From: Oikopleura dioica
Lineage: Eukaryota; Animalia; Chordata
Reading direction: 5' to 3'
Length of the DNA stretch: 64,000 nt
Assembly (NCBI GenBank): GCA_907165135.1
Contig: OU015567.1
Span: forward strand, 1,488,001-1,552,000
The notes under the pieces were generated by a model, which saw only the letters and a list, made by a program, of their open reading frames with translations, was not told the origin of the DNA and did not search any database. The translations under genes and the position numbers were made by a program. Each line of letters starts with the position of its first letter. Position 1 is the first letter of the stretch. Positions 38,106-49,894 of the stretch are shown here, piece after piece.

Positions 38106-38524
38106 GATGTGTGAGTACACACTCGAATCATTGTTCAACCCAAAACAGCAAATTTACGAAAGCAAAAAAGAAACCTCACACGATCACAACAGCATGATGC
38201 TTATTGCTAGCATTTTTATCTTGAATGCTCTTTGGCTAGTTTTGTTGATTATTTGTTGCGCTAAAAACTCATCACAACAAAACCCCACTCAAAGGTATGT
38301 AACTATCATTATCAATTATTTCTATTTTGCTTGAAAATTTCAGTGTGAGAACGATTTCAAGAACATCTCAACTAACGATCCCAAATCATCACCGAACGTC
38401 TTGTTTTTCAGTGACTGTATCTCCTATCAATATGAACAATCAAAGTTAAATGATTTTGCTTATTTATTTGGCCGATGTTTCTTTAAACGCCAAAAACACA
38501 GGCCACAAAAAGTGACCAAATTTT
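38106..38524 (+). CDS. Putative small single-pass membrane protein
   Basis: MCEYTLE...MMLIASIFILNALWLVLLIICC, then a GT-AG intron at about 38295-38343 and an open second exon. Confidence 0.35.
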
Positions 38525-38539
38525 AGCAGGCGAAAAGGT

Positions 38540-39116
38540 TTATTCTTCTGGGTAAACGCAGATCTGGGCCTTTGATTCACCTCCAGGAAGCTCCAAGAAT
38601 GGCAGCTGGACGGGAACGCATTCGCATTCAGTCTGCACATCGCAAATGCACTTCTCAGCGCAAGTGATCAGTTCGAGCTTAAATTTGATAAAACTATTGA
38701 ATGCTTTTTTGTCTTCTACCGCGAATTTGTTGATGCAGAGAGTGAGCGGGATATCGCCTTCGATGATTCCCTGGTCAAGAAGCTCGTAGCAGAGATCGGT
38801 GCCGGCGAAGAAATCAGGTCCGCAGACTTTGCCACAGCCATCTGGGCAACCGGTTTCTTCGTCCAACCAGCATCTTTCGAATTCTTCCTCGGCACCGGCG
38901 TAGCATCTGAACACTTTGAAACGCCATCCTTTGGATTCCATTTTACCTGTAGAAATCGTCAGTTCCGGATCCCCACTCGATCTGGCATCGGAAATAAGTC
39001 TGGATGAGCTCCTGCTGGCAGCCAACGAAGCACTTGGCTCCCTCACTCGCGTTCATTCGAGAGTCGAACATAAGAGTTGCGCTAGAAGCGGCGATGAGTC
39101 CTCCAAAAACTTTCAT
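38540..39116 (-). CDS. Secreted Cys-rich protein, tandem copy 1
   Basis: MKVFGGLIAASSA signal...CWLDEETGCPDGCGKVCGPDF...CVYPEE*. A 42-bp in-frame intron reads as VEDKKAFNSFIKFK in the ORF track. Confidence 0.8.
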
Positions 39117-39698
39117 TTTCTCAAAAATATCGTGTTCTGCGCAAGTGCCCTGCTGATTTATGTAAGCGAAGCAGGTGGATTTCTCCCATGCGTGATACTC
39201 TTTCGATGTCTTAAGAATTTGGAAATTCCAGAAGGGGCAACAGACAAAACAGGAAGTTGGCGGTTTCGTAATTTTATAGACGGAAGTTTATGTTGCCCTC
39301 GCCATCTGCGTTTGGAATTTAGTATTCTAACTGAAAACAGACAATTTTGTCTTGGAAGCCTCTGTTTAACGGATCTTTCGAACCTCAAGAAGGTTCCCTT
39401 TTTAATGGATTTTTCGTTAAAAATGGACCTCTTCTAGAAAAATTAGGTTTTCAAAGATAATGACCCCTTATTCACCAAGAGTAAGATCTTAGAATGAAAG
39501 ATACGAAACTCAACTTTATCCTTAGAGCACCTTACTGCGGACTACTTGGGTAGCTCAATAAAATAGGCGATGAATGAAAAAGGCTGTTTTTATTTTTAAT
39601 ATATCTGCAATTGATGACGAATTGACATGGCATAAGTTTTATAATTTTTATTCTGAGAGCACAATGATCGCGAGTGTAGTCGCTGATAAGATAAAATT

Positions 39699-40286
39699 TT
39701 ATTCTTCTGGTTCTTCTGGGTAGACACAAATCTGGAGCTTTTGTTCAGGAACTCCAGTGAGCTGCATAAATGACGAACCCACAGGCTGGCAAGTGCACTC
39801 AGTCTGCATATCGCAAACGCAACCCTCGAGACAGGAGACAAATTCGAGCTAGAATCAATCAGAAGCGAATACTCTCTTACTTCTTTACCGCAAATTTGTT
39901 GATGCAAAGAGCAAGAGGAATGTCGCCCTCGATGATTCCCTGATCAATGAGATCATAGCAAAAGTCGGTTCCAGCGAAGAAATCGGGGCCGCAGATTCGT
40001 CCACAACCTTCATCGCAGCCAGTTTCTTCGTTCAAATAGCAATCCATGAAGTCCTCTTCAGCCTTAGCGTAGCACCTAAAAATATGTTATCCTCCTCTCT
40101 CCAAAGGGTTTTTTACCTGTAGAAATCATCGTTTCCCCAGCCCCATTCAGCTCCACATTTGAAATAAGTCTGGATCAATTCCTGCTGGCAGGCGATGAAG
40201 CATTTCGCTCCCTCGCTCGGATGCATTCGAGAGTCGAACAAGAGAGTTGCATTGGAAGCAGCGATGAGTCCTGCGAAAAATTTCAT
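39699..40286 (-). CDS. Secreted Cys-rich protein, tandem copy 2
   Basis: MKFFAGLIAASNA...CYLNEETGCDEGCGRICGPDF...CVYPEEPEE*, with the same two intron positions. Confidence 0.8.
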
Positions 40287-40935
40287 TTTTTTTTTAATTG
40301 TGCTGCTCATAAGCTTCCTGCTAACGATATAGAGAGAAACAGATGGATTTCTCTCATGCGTGATTAACTTTCTTATTGACGCATGATGTCTTCTGCATAG
40401 AGACAGTCGTTTTGACTGACTTCTTGCTTAGAAGTTCCTAGTCATAAACGAGAATCGCGGTATCAAATAGTCAGCTTTTTTCTTTGATAGAATCTTATTT
40501 ACTCTAACTTCTGCTTTCTGAACTCAAAAATTTCTTTCTGTTCTGAAAAAATAGGGATGGAAAACCCCTCAATCCACTACAATGAATTGGCAGTAATGTA
40601 CACACATGAGTTATTAACAGTGTCCTATTATAGGACTCTAAATCCTTTTAGGATACTAAAAGTATGTGGATAATAGGATTCCTATTATCCTATTATTATA
40701 ATAATATCATTATAATTATTATTATAATTATTATTATAATAGGATTCAGGCTCTAAATTTTAGAGTCTTCACTTAAGTTCTCGACATCTGACATGTCTGT
40801 TGCCTGCTTTTATTCACGGAAATGAAAAAGTAAACGAGTGACTGAAACAGTTACGAGTCTTGATTATCTATTAGATATTCTTTATTGAATGGTCTCATGA
40901 GGGGAGTATCAGATAGACTATCTGAGATAGTTCAT

Positions 40936-41532
40936 TTACTCTTCTGGTTCTTCTGGATAGACGCAGATTGCGGCAGGTGAAGTATCTCCAGGGATCTGCA
41001 AAAACGGAATATCCGCACGCATACAAGTGCATTCAGTTTGCACATCGCAAAGACAACTTTCCACGCAAGTGAGCATTTCCAACTAAAAAGATCATTGTCA
41101 AAAAATGCTTTTAAAATTTTCCGTCACCATGAACTTGTTGATGCAAATGGCTAACGGAATATCTCCAACAAGGATTCCTTCGTCAACAAGATGGTTGCAC
41201 AGCTCCATTCCAGCAGAAAAGTCTGGCTCGCAGATTCGACCACAGCCTTCTGGGCAACCAGTTTCTTCGTCAAAGTAGCAAGTGTTGAATTCTTCTTCCG
41301 CCTTCGCAAAGCATCTAATCAACTAAGTACAAGGTGATGTTCTCGGTAGTGATCTGAATTACCTGTAGTAATCGTCAGTTCCAGCTCCCCATTCGATTTC
41401 GCATCGAAACGCACTTCCAATGAGCTCCCGCTCACAGTCGACGAAGCATCTTGCTCCCTCGCTCAAGTGCATGCGAGAATCGAACAAAAGAGTTGCGCTA
41501 GAAGAAGCAATGATCCCTGCAAAAATCCTCAT
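40936..41532 (-). CDS. Secreted Cys-rich protein, tandem copy 3
   Basis: MRIFAGIIASSSA...CYFDEETGCPEGCGRICEPDF...CVYPEEPEE*. Confidence 0.8.
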
Positions 41533-41704
41533 TTTTTTTGAAAATCGTGACCTGTCTAATTCCTTCGCTGATTAAAGTAAGCAGAGCAGTTGCTGCTTTC
41601 TCATGCATTATCTCCTGCTCATGAATGAACTTTACAGCTCTTGAGAATACGAAAACAGGAGACAAAGAAAATTTTCTCTATTTATTTTTTGGTACAGGAA
41701 TAAA

Positions 41705-43241
41705 TTACTTCTTCTTTGGCTCAAGATACTGTCCTTCTTTAGGAAGAGCATGAGTTGGCAGACCGTTTTTGCCGACCCAGTCCTTTCGTGCTTCAGGGAA
41801 TCCGAGTTTGTAGGCTTTGATGATTTTAAAAAATGACTGCATCAAGTTGATGGAATAACGTAACTCCTAAAGAACTCTTTTTAAAATTTTTCCTGTAATG
41901 ACAACGGCAGATCCAAGACCAATATTATGTTGAAGAGCCAAATCGCAGTTCTCAACCTGTCTCTTGTCGGCTTCTCCTCGGAGTTGCCAGCAGAGCTCAG
42001 CGCATTGAGCAAGTCCAGTAGCACCAAGAGGATGGCCCTTGGAAATCAAGCCACCAGATGGGTTCACAACAACTCGGCCGCCGTAGGTATTGTCGCCAGC
42101 GTCGATGAACTCGCCAGCCTTTCCCTCGTCGCAGAGTTGGAGAGCTTCGTAAGTGATGAGCTCGTTGGCGGAGAAGCAATCGTGAAGTTCGACGACTTTG
42201 ATGTCCTTGGGGTTGATGCCGGCCTGAGCGTAGACTTTCTCAGCCGCGGTCTTGGAGCACTTGTAACCAGCAATTGTCATCAAATCGGTCTTTTCCTCGT
42301 CGAGGGAGCCAGGCAAGTCGGTAACCATAGCTTGGCCAACGATCTCGACGGCTTTGTGTTCAAGTCCATGCTTTTTGACAAAGTCCTCGGAGGCGATGAT
42401 GGCAGCCCCACCACCGTCAGAAGTTGGGCAGCAGTGCTGACGGGTGAGCATTTCAAAGACTTTCTTGTCCCCATCGACCTAGGAGAAATTGAAGATCGAA
42501 ATCAGGGAATAGTCCTACCTGTTCCTCGGTCATTTCAATTCGGAACTGAGAATAGGGGTTGTTGACGGAGTGGCGCTTGTTTTTGGCGGCAATCTTGGTG
42601 AAGTGAGACTGCTTCGTTCCATACTTTTCCATGTGCTCCTATAAAATTGATAACTAGCGAAGCGCTGAAATCTTATACTTTTCCAGCGTTGCCGAAGAAC
42701 TGTGCCGCCATCGGAGCAGGAGCGAAACCACCGACATTGATCATACATTCAGCGTGTTTTTCAAGAGGATTGGATCGATCGTCAAAGACGGTTCCGAGAG
42801 ATCCAGGCTGCATCTTTTCGAAACCCATGGCCATCGTGCATTCGGCCTGGCCTCCACGGACCATGTCGGCAGCCTGAAGAAGGGCAGTCGAGCCGGTTGA
42901 GCAGTTGTTGTTGACGTTGTAGATTGGGATACCGGTGAGGCCGAGTTGGTAAACCGCGCGCTGGCCGCAAGTTGAATCACCGTAGACGTATCCGACTGAA
43001 TATTTTGAAATGCAAGCTCACATTCACAACTAGTACCTGAGGCAGCTTCGACCTTTTCAAAGGGAATACCAGCATCCGCAAGGGCCGCTTCTCCAGCTTC
43101 TCGTCCCATATCATGATAGTCAAAGTCAATTCTTCGTCCTGGCTTCTCAAACTTAGTCATACCGACTCCAACGACGTATGCTTTTCGCTGAGCACTGGCG
43201 CATCGCACCACGGCTCGTCTCAACTGAGCGAGGTTCAGCAT
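41705..43241 (-). CDS. SCP2: SCP2/SCPx-type thiolase domain only (no SCP2 carrier domain)
   Basis: [21 protein letters not shown] (catalytic Cys), [42 protein letters not shown]. The last exon ends ...GQYLEPKKK*. Confidence 0.9.
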
Positions 43242-43717
43242 CTCTTTGGCAAGAAAAAAGGACTCTGCGCTTCGAGGTACTTCGCTGAAGTAAATACCAA
43301 GAAAAAAGCACAGCGAAGGAATTGCCAAAGGGGCGTGTTGGCATTTCTGGTAAATATTTGCGTCCATGGGCCAAAGATTGCTTTTTATAACAAATCTTGC
43401 TTGCTTTAGTTTAAATTTGGAGGCGAAAATATGAATGAAAATGGCATGAAATTATTCAAAATTGAATTTCAAATAAAATCATGCTGTTAAAAGTTTTCAG
43501 TGACTTTTGAGCTGTATTTGCTTATGAAAAAAAAAATGAAAAATAATCAGAAATACGAAGCAGTAAAATCATATCCATGAGGTAGGTAAAGATGAGCAAT
43601 TTGAAGAAGTATCAGAAAATGGAAAATAAACATAGTTGTTCAAAAGGCGGTAGGGATGAGTAATGGCAAATCTGTGTACTGTTAGTTTTTGCTGAACAAT
43701 TGATTTTGAACTTTGTT

Positions 43718-46700
43718 TCAATCACTTGGTACTGGTAGAAGCTTCGGCTCAGCCGAGTCCATTTTGGCGAGGTGCTCGGCGAAGGGAAAGGCGATGAAGT
43801 TATGCTACGAAATATTCAATAACGCAATCGAAACAGTAGAAAAGCTTACATTCACAAGAAGCCTCTGGATCTCCAAAACTTCGGGATGCTTTAGCGTGTC
43901 TTCATACATCTCCATCATCGACATATTCATGGGTATTTCTTCATTTGCAGTCCTGCTCTGCGCCCTCTCCCAACGATTGATGAAGTTATCGAGAATAAGA
44001 GCAACAAAGATATTGAGAATGATGACGGAAGACGATAGCCACCAGAGCACAAAATAAACCTAGATAAAGATCATTATTGTGAGAACGTACCCTTATAAAG
44101 TAATCTTTACAAAGTATGGATCAATGTATTTTTCCGTGATATTCTTCAAGGAGAAAATGATCACTGGGTTGGAACTTCTAACAAAAAAAAAGCTTCACTT
44201 GATAAATCACGACAGAAAGCTGTGTAAGCAAAATGAAGACCGTGAAAATTATCAAACCAAAAGTAAGCTTATAAACTATCTTGGAAAGCTTCGAAAAAAT
44301 TCTAGGGGGAAATAATTTCTGACGGGGTAAACAAAGCAGAAAGGATGATTGTAGAGGGAGAAAAGCTCATTTTAGATGGGCCTCTTCCAGGAACGGTTCA
44401 ATTTCAAGCAGACGATTCGAAAAAATAAATGTATAGAACCACAAAAAGGACTTTCTGGTCAATCAGTTGTTGAAACACGAGATGCGGTTTCTTCAAGGAC
44501 AGGGACGCGAAATTGTATATACAGAATCCCGTCCAATAAGTCGAGTCCCTCGTATTGCAGTACGACCAGGACTGAGGAAGACATCAAAAAAGTCGCATCA
44601 CTGCTCTTGAAACAGCCAGAAATGCCGTCACTAGTGGTTCCTGGGCCGATTCCGGAGGGCGAACTCGTTGGTAAGATCAAAAAATACATTTCTGGGTGAT
44701 AAAAACTCGAATTAAGCGATGAAAAAGATCAAAAAAGCGGCGGAAAAGATCATCGAAAACGATAAAGAGTACTTAAAAATGGATGTTATGAAGGTATGAA
44801 ATCAAAAAACAAATATTCTACCGACAAAAAATAAATTCTAGTTCTCTCAAGCCGCAGGACAATTACGAGACTTTGTCCTTGAAAATGAAGAAGATGATCC
44901 TCTCCTCAATTCTAGTGATGTTAATCCATTCACGCCTGATACCCTCTGCGTTCGATTCAAAAACTTGTTCTGTGCGAAAACTGAGTAAAATTTTACCTGA
45001 GTCCAAGTTGAGATTTCGGCAAATTTGTGAAGAAAGACGTGCCAGTTATTGACGACGAGTAGGTCCCATAGAGTCACTACTGATGCCCAGAAATCGTTAA
45101 AGTTATTACTAAAAAGTATTAGCTCGATCTTAAGGGACCCCGCCGACCGAGCTCCGCGCGCGCTTCTCGCTCTTTTTCACTCTCACTCTTCAGCTGGTTT
45201 AATTTTTTCGATTATCGTGATTTTTTGTACATGAACTAATCTTTTTATGCTCTTTCATCTCCATTTTTTAAAATTTTCATAGCTTATTGCAACGCTGAGT
45301 TAGGGCGAAAACATGGGCGCTCGATTTCAAGTGTACATAAGTACTCGAATTATTTGAATTGACACTTCGAGACTGCGTTCATTGAAAAGCCCGTGCCTTC
45401 TTGCATAAGGTTTACTTATTGAGATTTCCCGGAAGAGTTTACTTATCCGATTATCGTGGGATTAATGCGGGTTACCTGGAGCGCTCGGCGTGAAACACGG
45501 GCATTTTACACTGTTGGCGCGGGATTCCCGCTGCGCTGGTCAGAATAACCTTTAATTACCGCCCGATTACGAGAGCTGCATTAATTATAATTTAATCTCA
45601 ATAAGTAGGCCTTATGCAAGAAGGCACGGGCTTTTCAATGAGGGCAGTCTCGAAGTGTCAATCCAAATAATTCGAGTACTTATGTACACTTGAAATCGAG
45701 CGCCAATGTTTTCGCCCTAACTCAGTGTAGCAATAAGCTATGAACATTTTAAGAAATGGAGATGAAAGAGCATAAAAAGATTAGTTCGTGTACAAAAAAT
45801 CACGATAATCGAAAGAATTAAACCAGCTGAAGAGTGAGATTGAAAAAGAGCGAGAAGCGCGCGCGGAGCTTGGTCGGCGGGGTCCCTTAAGATGCTTCTT
45901 ACCTGTAGTAATCTAGTTGTGAGTAAGTTCCACAAGCGGTTTCATTCTTTAACAACTCCTGATGAAAAGGCCCGAAAGACAGGTTGCCGACAATAGCGAA
46001 AAGGTAAAACGCAGCCACTAGAATTCCCGCAACATGTTTTAAATTCTTCAAGGTATCAACGAGGGAGGATGTGACGAGATTTAGGACTTTTATCTTTGGA
46101 AGAATGCGCAGTAAGCGAATCGTGATGAGAATGTTGACGATGCGGGAGAAGACCCACAGCAGTTCGGTTGTTTTGTTTGTCACATTTGACTAAAAAGAAT
46201 ATAAGGAACCATTTTCTTCAAAATTGATGAGAGTAACCTTGTTAATTTCTATTTCAAGAAGTGTCTGAATGATGATTAGGGATGCGGCAACGAAGCTGTC
46301 GAAGAGAAAGTCAAGTCGTTGGCAGAAAATGATGCCATAAGCCCACATTTTCAAGAACTGTTCAAAAAGATAAAAGACCGAAATGGCGAGGTTGAAAATT
46401 CTGAGCTTTTTGAGCGCTTCTGTTCCAGGATCATCTACGTTTTGATGCTTTCTTTGGGGATAAAGGGCGATTTCGACGGACTTGAGAGGGGTTAGGAAAT
46501 GAACGGAACGAACTTATTTACCAGAGAAATAGCATTGATGATCGCAATCGCGTTTCCAATATGATCAAAGTTTGGATGGGTAACTTTTCGCTGAAGCGGT
46601 AGCAATCGTGGGTAGCGCGTCAGGACTGGTACCGGTGCATCTCTTCTCGTCTTGTAGGAAAGCTGCTTGAGAAGTTGCTTGTATTGAGAGAGGGTCAAGC

Positions 46701-48035
46701 GATCTTCGTTGTCCAAATTGCGGAGTATTTTTGGAATGTTTGTAAAGTTTTTACTGACCAAACTCAAGCTAGAATGATGATAACACCTCATTAATTGAAG
46801 AACAGTAGTATACCTGGATTTAATCGTTGAATACTTGATATCAACATGTTCTTTGTCTCGATTAAACTCTTCGTCGACAATGTTCTCCGCTTCTATCAGT
46901 TTGCAAAAGCTTCCAATAAATGCGAGTTGCCTCCTTTTCAACGAATTCTGCAGCGTTCTTTGGAGAAACCCGCGAAACTGATTGTAAATGACAGCGGTGA
47001 GCAAGTTCATAATGAGAAAAGTGCCGACAAAGGAAAAGACGATGAAGAAGATGGAGCAGAAGCGATTTTGCTTGTAAGAAGGCATCATTACATCTGGATT
47101 GTTTGCCGTAGTTAAGAGAACGAGGAGGGAGATAATCGCCGTATCAAGCGCCTCAAAACCAGTTGGATTGGCCAGCCAGTCATTTTCGGAGAGAGGGTCG
47201 TTTGGCGAAGGAGGGAGAATGAGCATTCCAATCATTGTGAAAAAGTAAAGATGGAATCCGAGAAGAAGAAGGACGCCAAGAATTTCTGGGACAGTCAAAA
47301 TGACCGATTTTAGCAACTTTTTCATCATCGAACTTGATTGAATAAAGATAAATGGCCTCAAAAGCCGCCTAAAATGATTTGAAAGCAAGTTTTCTCGGGA
47401 AAAGCTTACCTAAGTCGATATGTGTAGGTAGGAACGTGGAGGGAAATGATGATGTCGACGATAGAAACGAACACAGAGATAAGGACAAAGATCATCCAGG
47501 GCTTCTTTTTCATCGTTTTGATACCGACAAGCCAGGTTTCAAGGATCCCAAAGGCTCCTATCACCAGCAGACAGAAAATTTCTAGCGCTTCTGTCATCCC
47601 TCTAAATGAAAAAGAAAGAGAGAGCTTGAAAAGAGTTCTACGAACCTAGGAACTTCTGGTCGAATATATTTTGGATTTGTTGGATCCGGCGTTATCGTCA
47701 GAGAGTTGGGGTCTTCAAGGAAGGCGAGAAACAGAAGGGTGAACATGATGAAGCCCCGAAAAATCTTCATGCCGGTGGAATGAAAAATGCGGTAGAGCTT
47801 CATCTCGCTTTCAGTCCCCATCTTGTGCCCCATATCGCGACAGCTCATGCCGTCTTCTATCAGAAGAACAGCCTTATCGAGGGTTGAAAAATCGATTTTA
47901 CAAAGAGAGTTGTCCTCATTGAATTCCAACCTTTTCCTGATTCGTCAACAGCTCATATCGTTCTTTCGCGGTCAATAGGCCCGTCGGGCCGCTCCGAACC
48001 GAAGTTGGGTCCGAAATCAGCGACTGCTCGGACAT
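43718..48035 (-). CDS. TPCN2: Two-pore channel 2, multi-exon
   Basis: AVLLIEDG...LYR; filter 1 LLVLLTTANNPDVMMPSY; filter 2 LWDLLVVNNWH; SSVIILNIFVALILDNF; an N-terminal ExxxLL (ERYELL). Confidence 0.92.
45134..45886. mobile_element. 753-bp foldback element with TTAA TSD and GG termini, in a TPCN2 intron
   Basis: TTAA at 45130-45133 and 45887-45890. Near-perfect TIRs of about 295 bp (45134-45426 and 45593-45886). Confidence 0.9.
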
Positions 48036-48342
48036 GGACGTTTGACTTCGTATCCGACTCATAGAAAATTCGCAATCATATTTTTACTCTTCTGAAAAGT
48101 CCATTTTTATCAAGAATTTTAAATAATTAGGCATTTTTAAAAGTTTTGAAAGTCGAATCAAAAGATCAAAAGCTGATTCAGGGGCCAAAATCGCAGAAAA
48201 AATAGTTCACTAGTCACTGAAACTGGGGCTACAATCTTTTCATGGGCTTTCAAAAGGGGCGCCATTTTATCTTAACAAGGGACGGTTAAACACTTTTAAA
48301 AAGGACTCAACTAAAGTAATAAAGAGCTATCATCTCAGTATC

Positions 48343-48504
48343 ATGGACTCGGCAACCGGTGCTGAAAACCCTGAGTCAGGATCTGAAAGAGCCAAAGCGG
48401 CCTCGCCAAAATCATCATCTCTATTCAGGTAAAGCTGCTTCGCGGCTTATTTTCAACTCTTTCAGGCCCTGACTCAGGCTTTGAACACAGGTTGCCGAGC
48501 CCAT
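48343..48504. mobile_element. MITE family A copy
   Basis: atggactcggcaacc...cctgagtcagg and cctgactcagg...gttgccgagcccat. Confidence 0.8.
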
Positions 48505-48572
48505 CGTCTTACTAAAGACTGATCAGGAGCGTCAATTATATTTTTAAAAAGGTCTTTTTTAGGTTTAGTGAT

Positions 48573-49082
48573 TTAGAGCCCCTGCCCATCATCGTCGACA
48601 ACGTAGACAATTTCGCCAGTAATCGAGTCCATAATCGCCCAAACAGCGCAATCGCCGATAAAACCGATGGAAGAAATATTCATTGAAGCCAAATCCAGAG
48701 CTGCGAAAGTCGCGTTCATTTTGTTCTGCTCGCTTGTTCGGATGATTTGATTCTTTCCATTTAAGATACTGAATGTTTCTTACTTGATTGAAAAACAGCT
48801 TTTTGCAAACCTGTTTAAATTTGCATTTGATTGAAATTGATGAGTACTAAATCGCATCGAGCTTTTCGCTTGACAGGAGAAATCTTGAAAAGAAGTCGAT
48901 TTTTGGGCAGTTTCGCTCTTTTTCATCAAGTTTGGGACGAAAGTTGTGGTTGATCTTTTGACATTATCAGCTGCTTGCTAGAAAGAAGGTTGAGGGAGGG
49001 AATGAGGAGAACGATTTCTTACGAGCTGAGAAATTGATCGGATGCTTCGGACGAAAGTTGCAGCGTTGCGAATCAACCCCAT
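48573..49082 (-). CDS. Three-exon orphan gene with a mitochondrial-type N-terminus (absent from the ORF track)
   Basis: MGLIRNAATFVRSIRSISQL|QAADNVKR...NLNS|ILNGK...ITGEIVYVVDDDGQGL*. Both introns are GT-AG and phase-compatible. Confidence 0.6.
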
Positions 49083-49894
49083 TTTTTTTTCTAAAACGCA
49101 AACGATGAAAAAAATTCTAAATGACAAAGAAAGACAAGGTAGTGAAAATCATAATTTCGTTTATTTTAAAATTATTCATTACTGATACAGGAAGACGGTT
49201 CGATTTTGGATCATTTTATTGATAATAATGTTTTCGCAGCCTATTCTTAACAGATATAGGATCTCGGTACGGTTTTGCGTCATTTTATAAGTAAATATTG
49301 CTTTCAAACAGACTGGTATAGAAAACATTAAGAATTGTTCAAAATTTGATTATCAAAATTATTTGTTTTATAAATTTCTAACAGACAATGGAAGCCGCTT
49401 TTTAGTTTTTGCTTTATTTTATAGACTTAACTTTAGTCACTAAAGTTTAATGGTCTGATTGTTTAAATTAAAACAGTTTTTTCATAAATAAGAATGAAAC
49501 TTTTTTAGACAGACATGGGCTCAAGGTTTTTTGTTGCATTTCATAAAAAAACTAAAATAAATGGAAAGATCATACAGTTTTTTTAAAAACGGATATTGGT
49601 AGTCGACATGTTGTAGCTTCTTAGGTAGCATTTTAAAGTTTTTCAAATTTGAGACTTGGCAAAGCGCGATGACTGTACCCTTAGACTGGAATTTGTTTCA
49701 TTTTATTCTCATTATGGTTTCTCAATAATCAAAATTCTCGAAGTTGCCATGGCGAAAGTGGCCAATCAGCGCGCGATCTCCAGGTGCGCCCTTTCTTGAT
49801 TTCCACTTCTCGAATTGTAAATTTCGTTTCTTTATTCTTCAAAAATGAAAGCGAGAGATACCGGTTGTTTTTTGTTTCAGAAGGAGAGAAAAGA

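Noticed and set aside
45049-45935. Mirror ORFs sharing ILRDPADRAPRALLALF
   Set aside because: They are by-products of the foldback element's inverted arms, not a gene.
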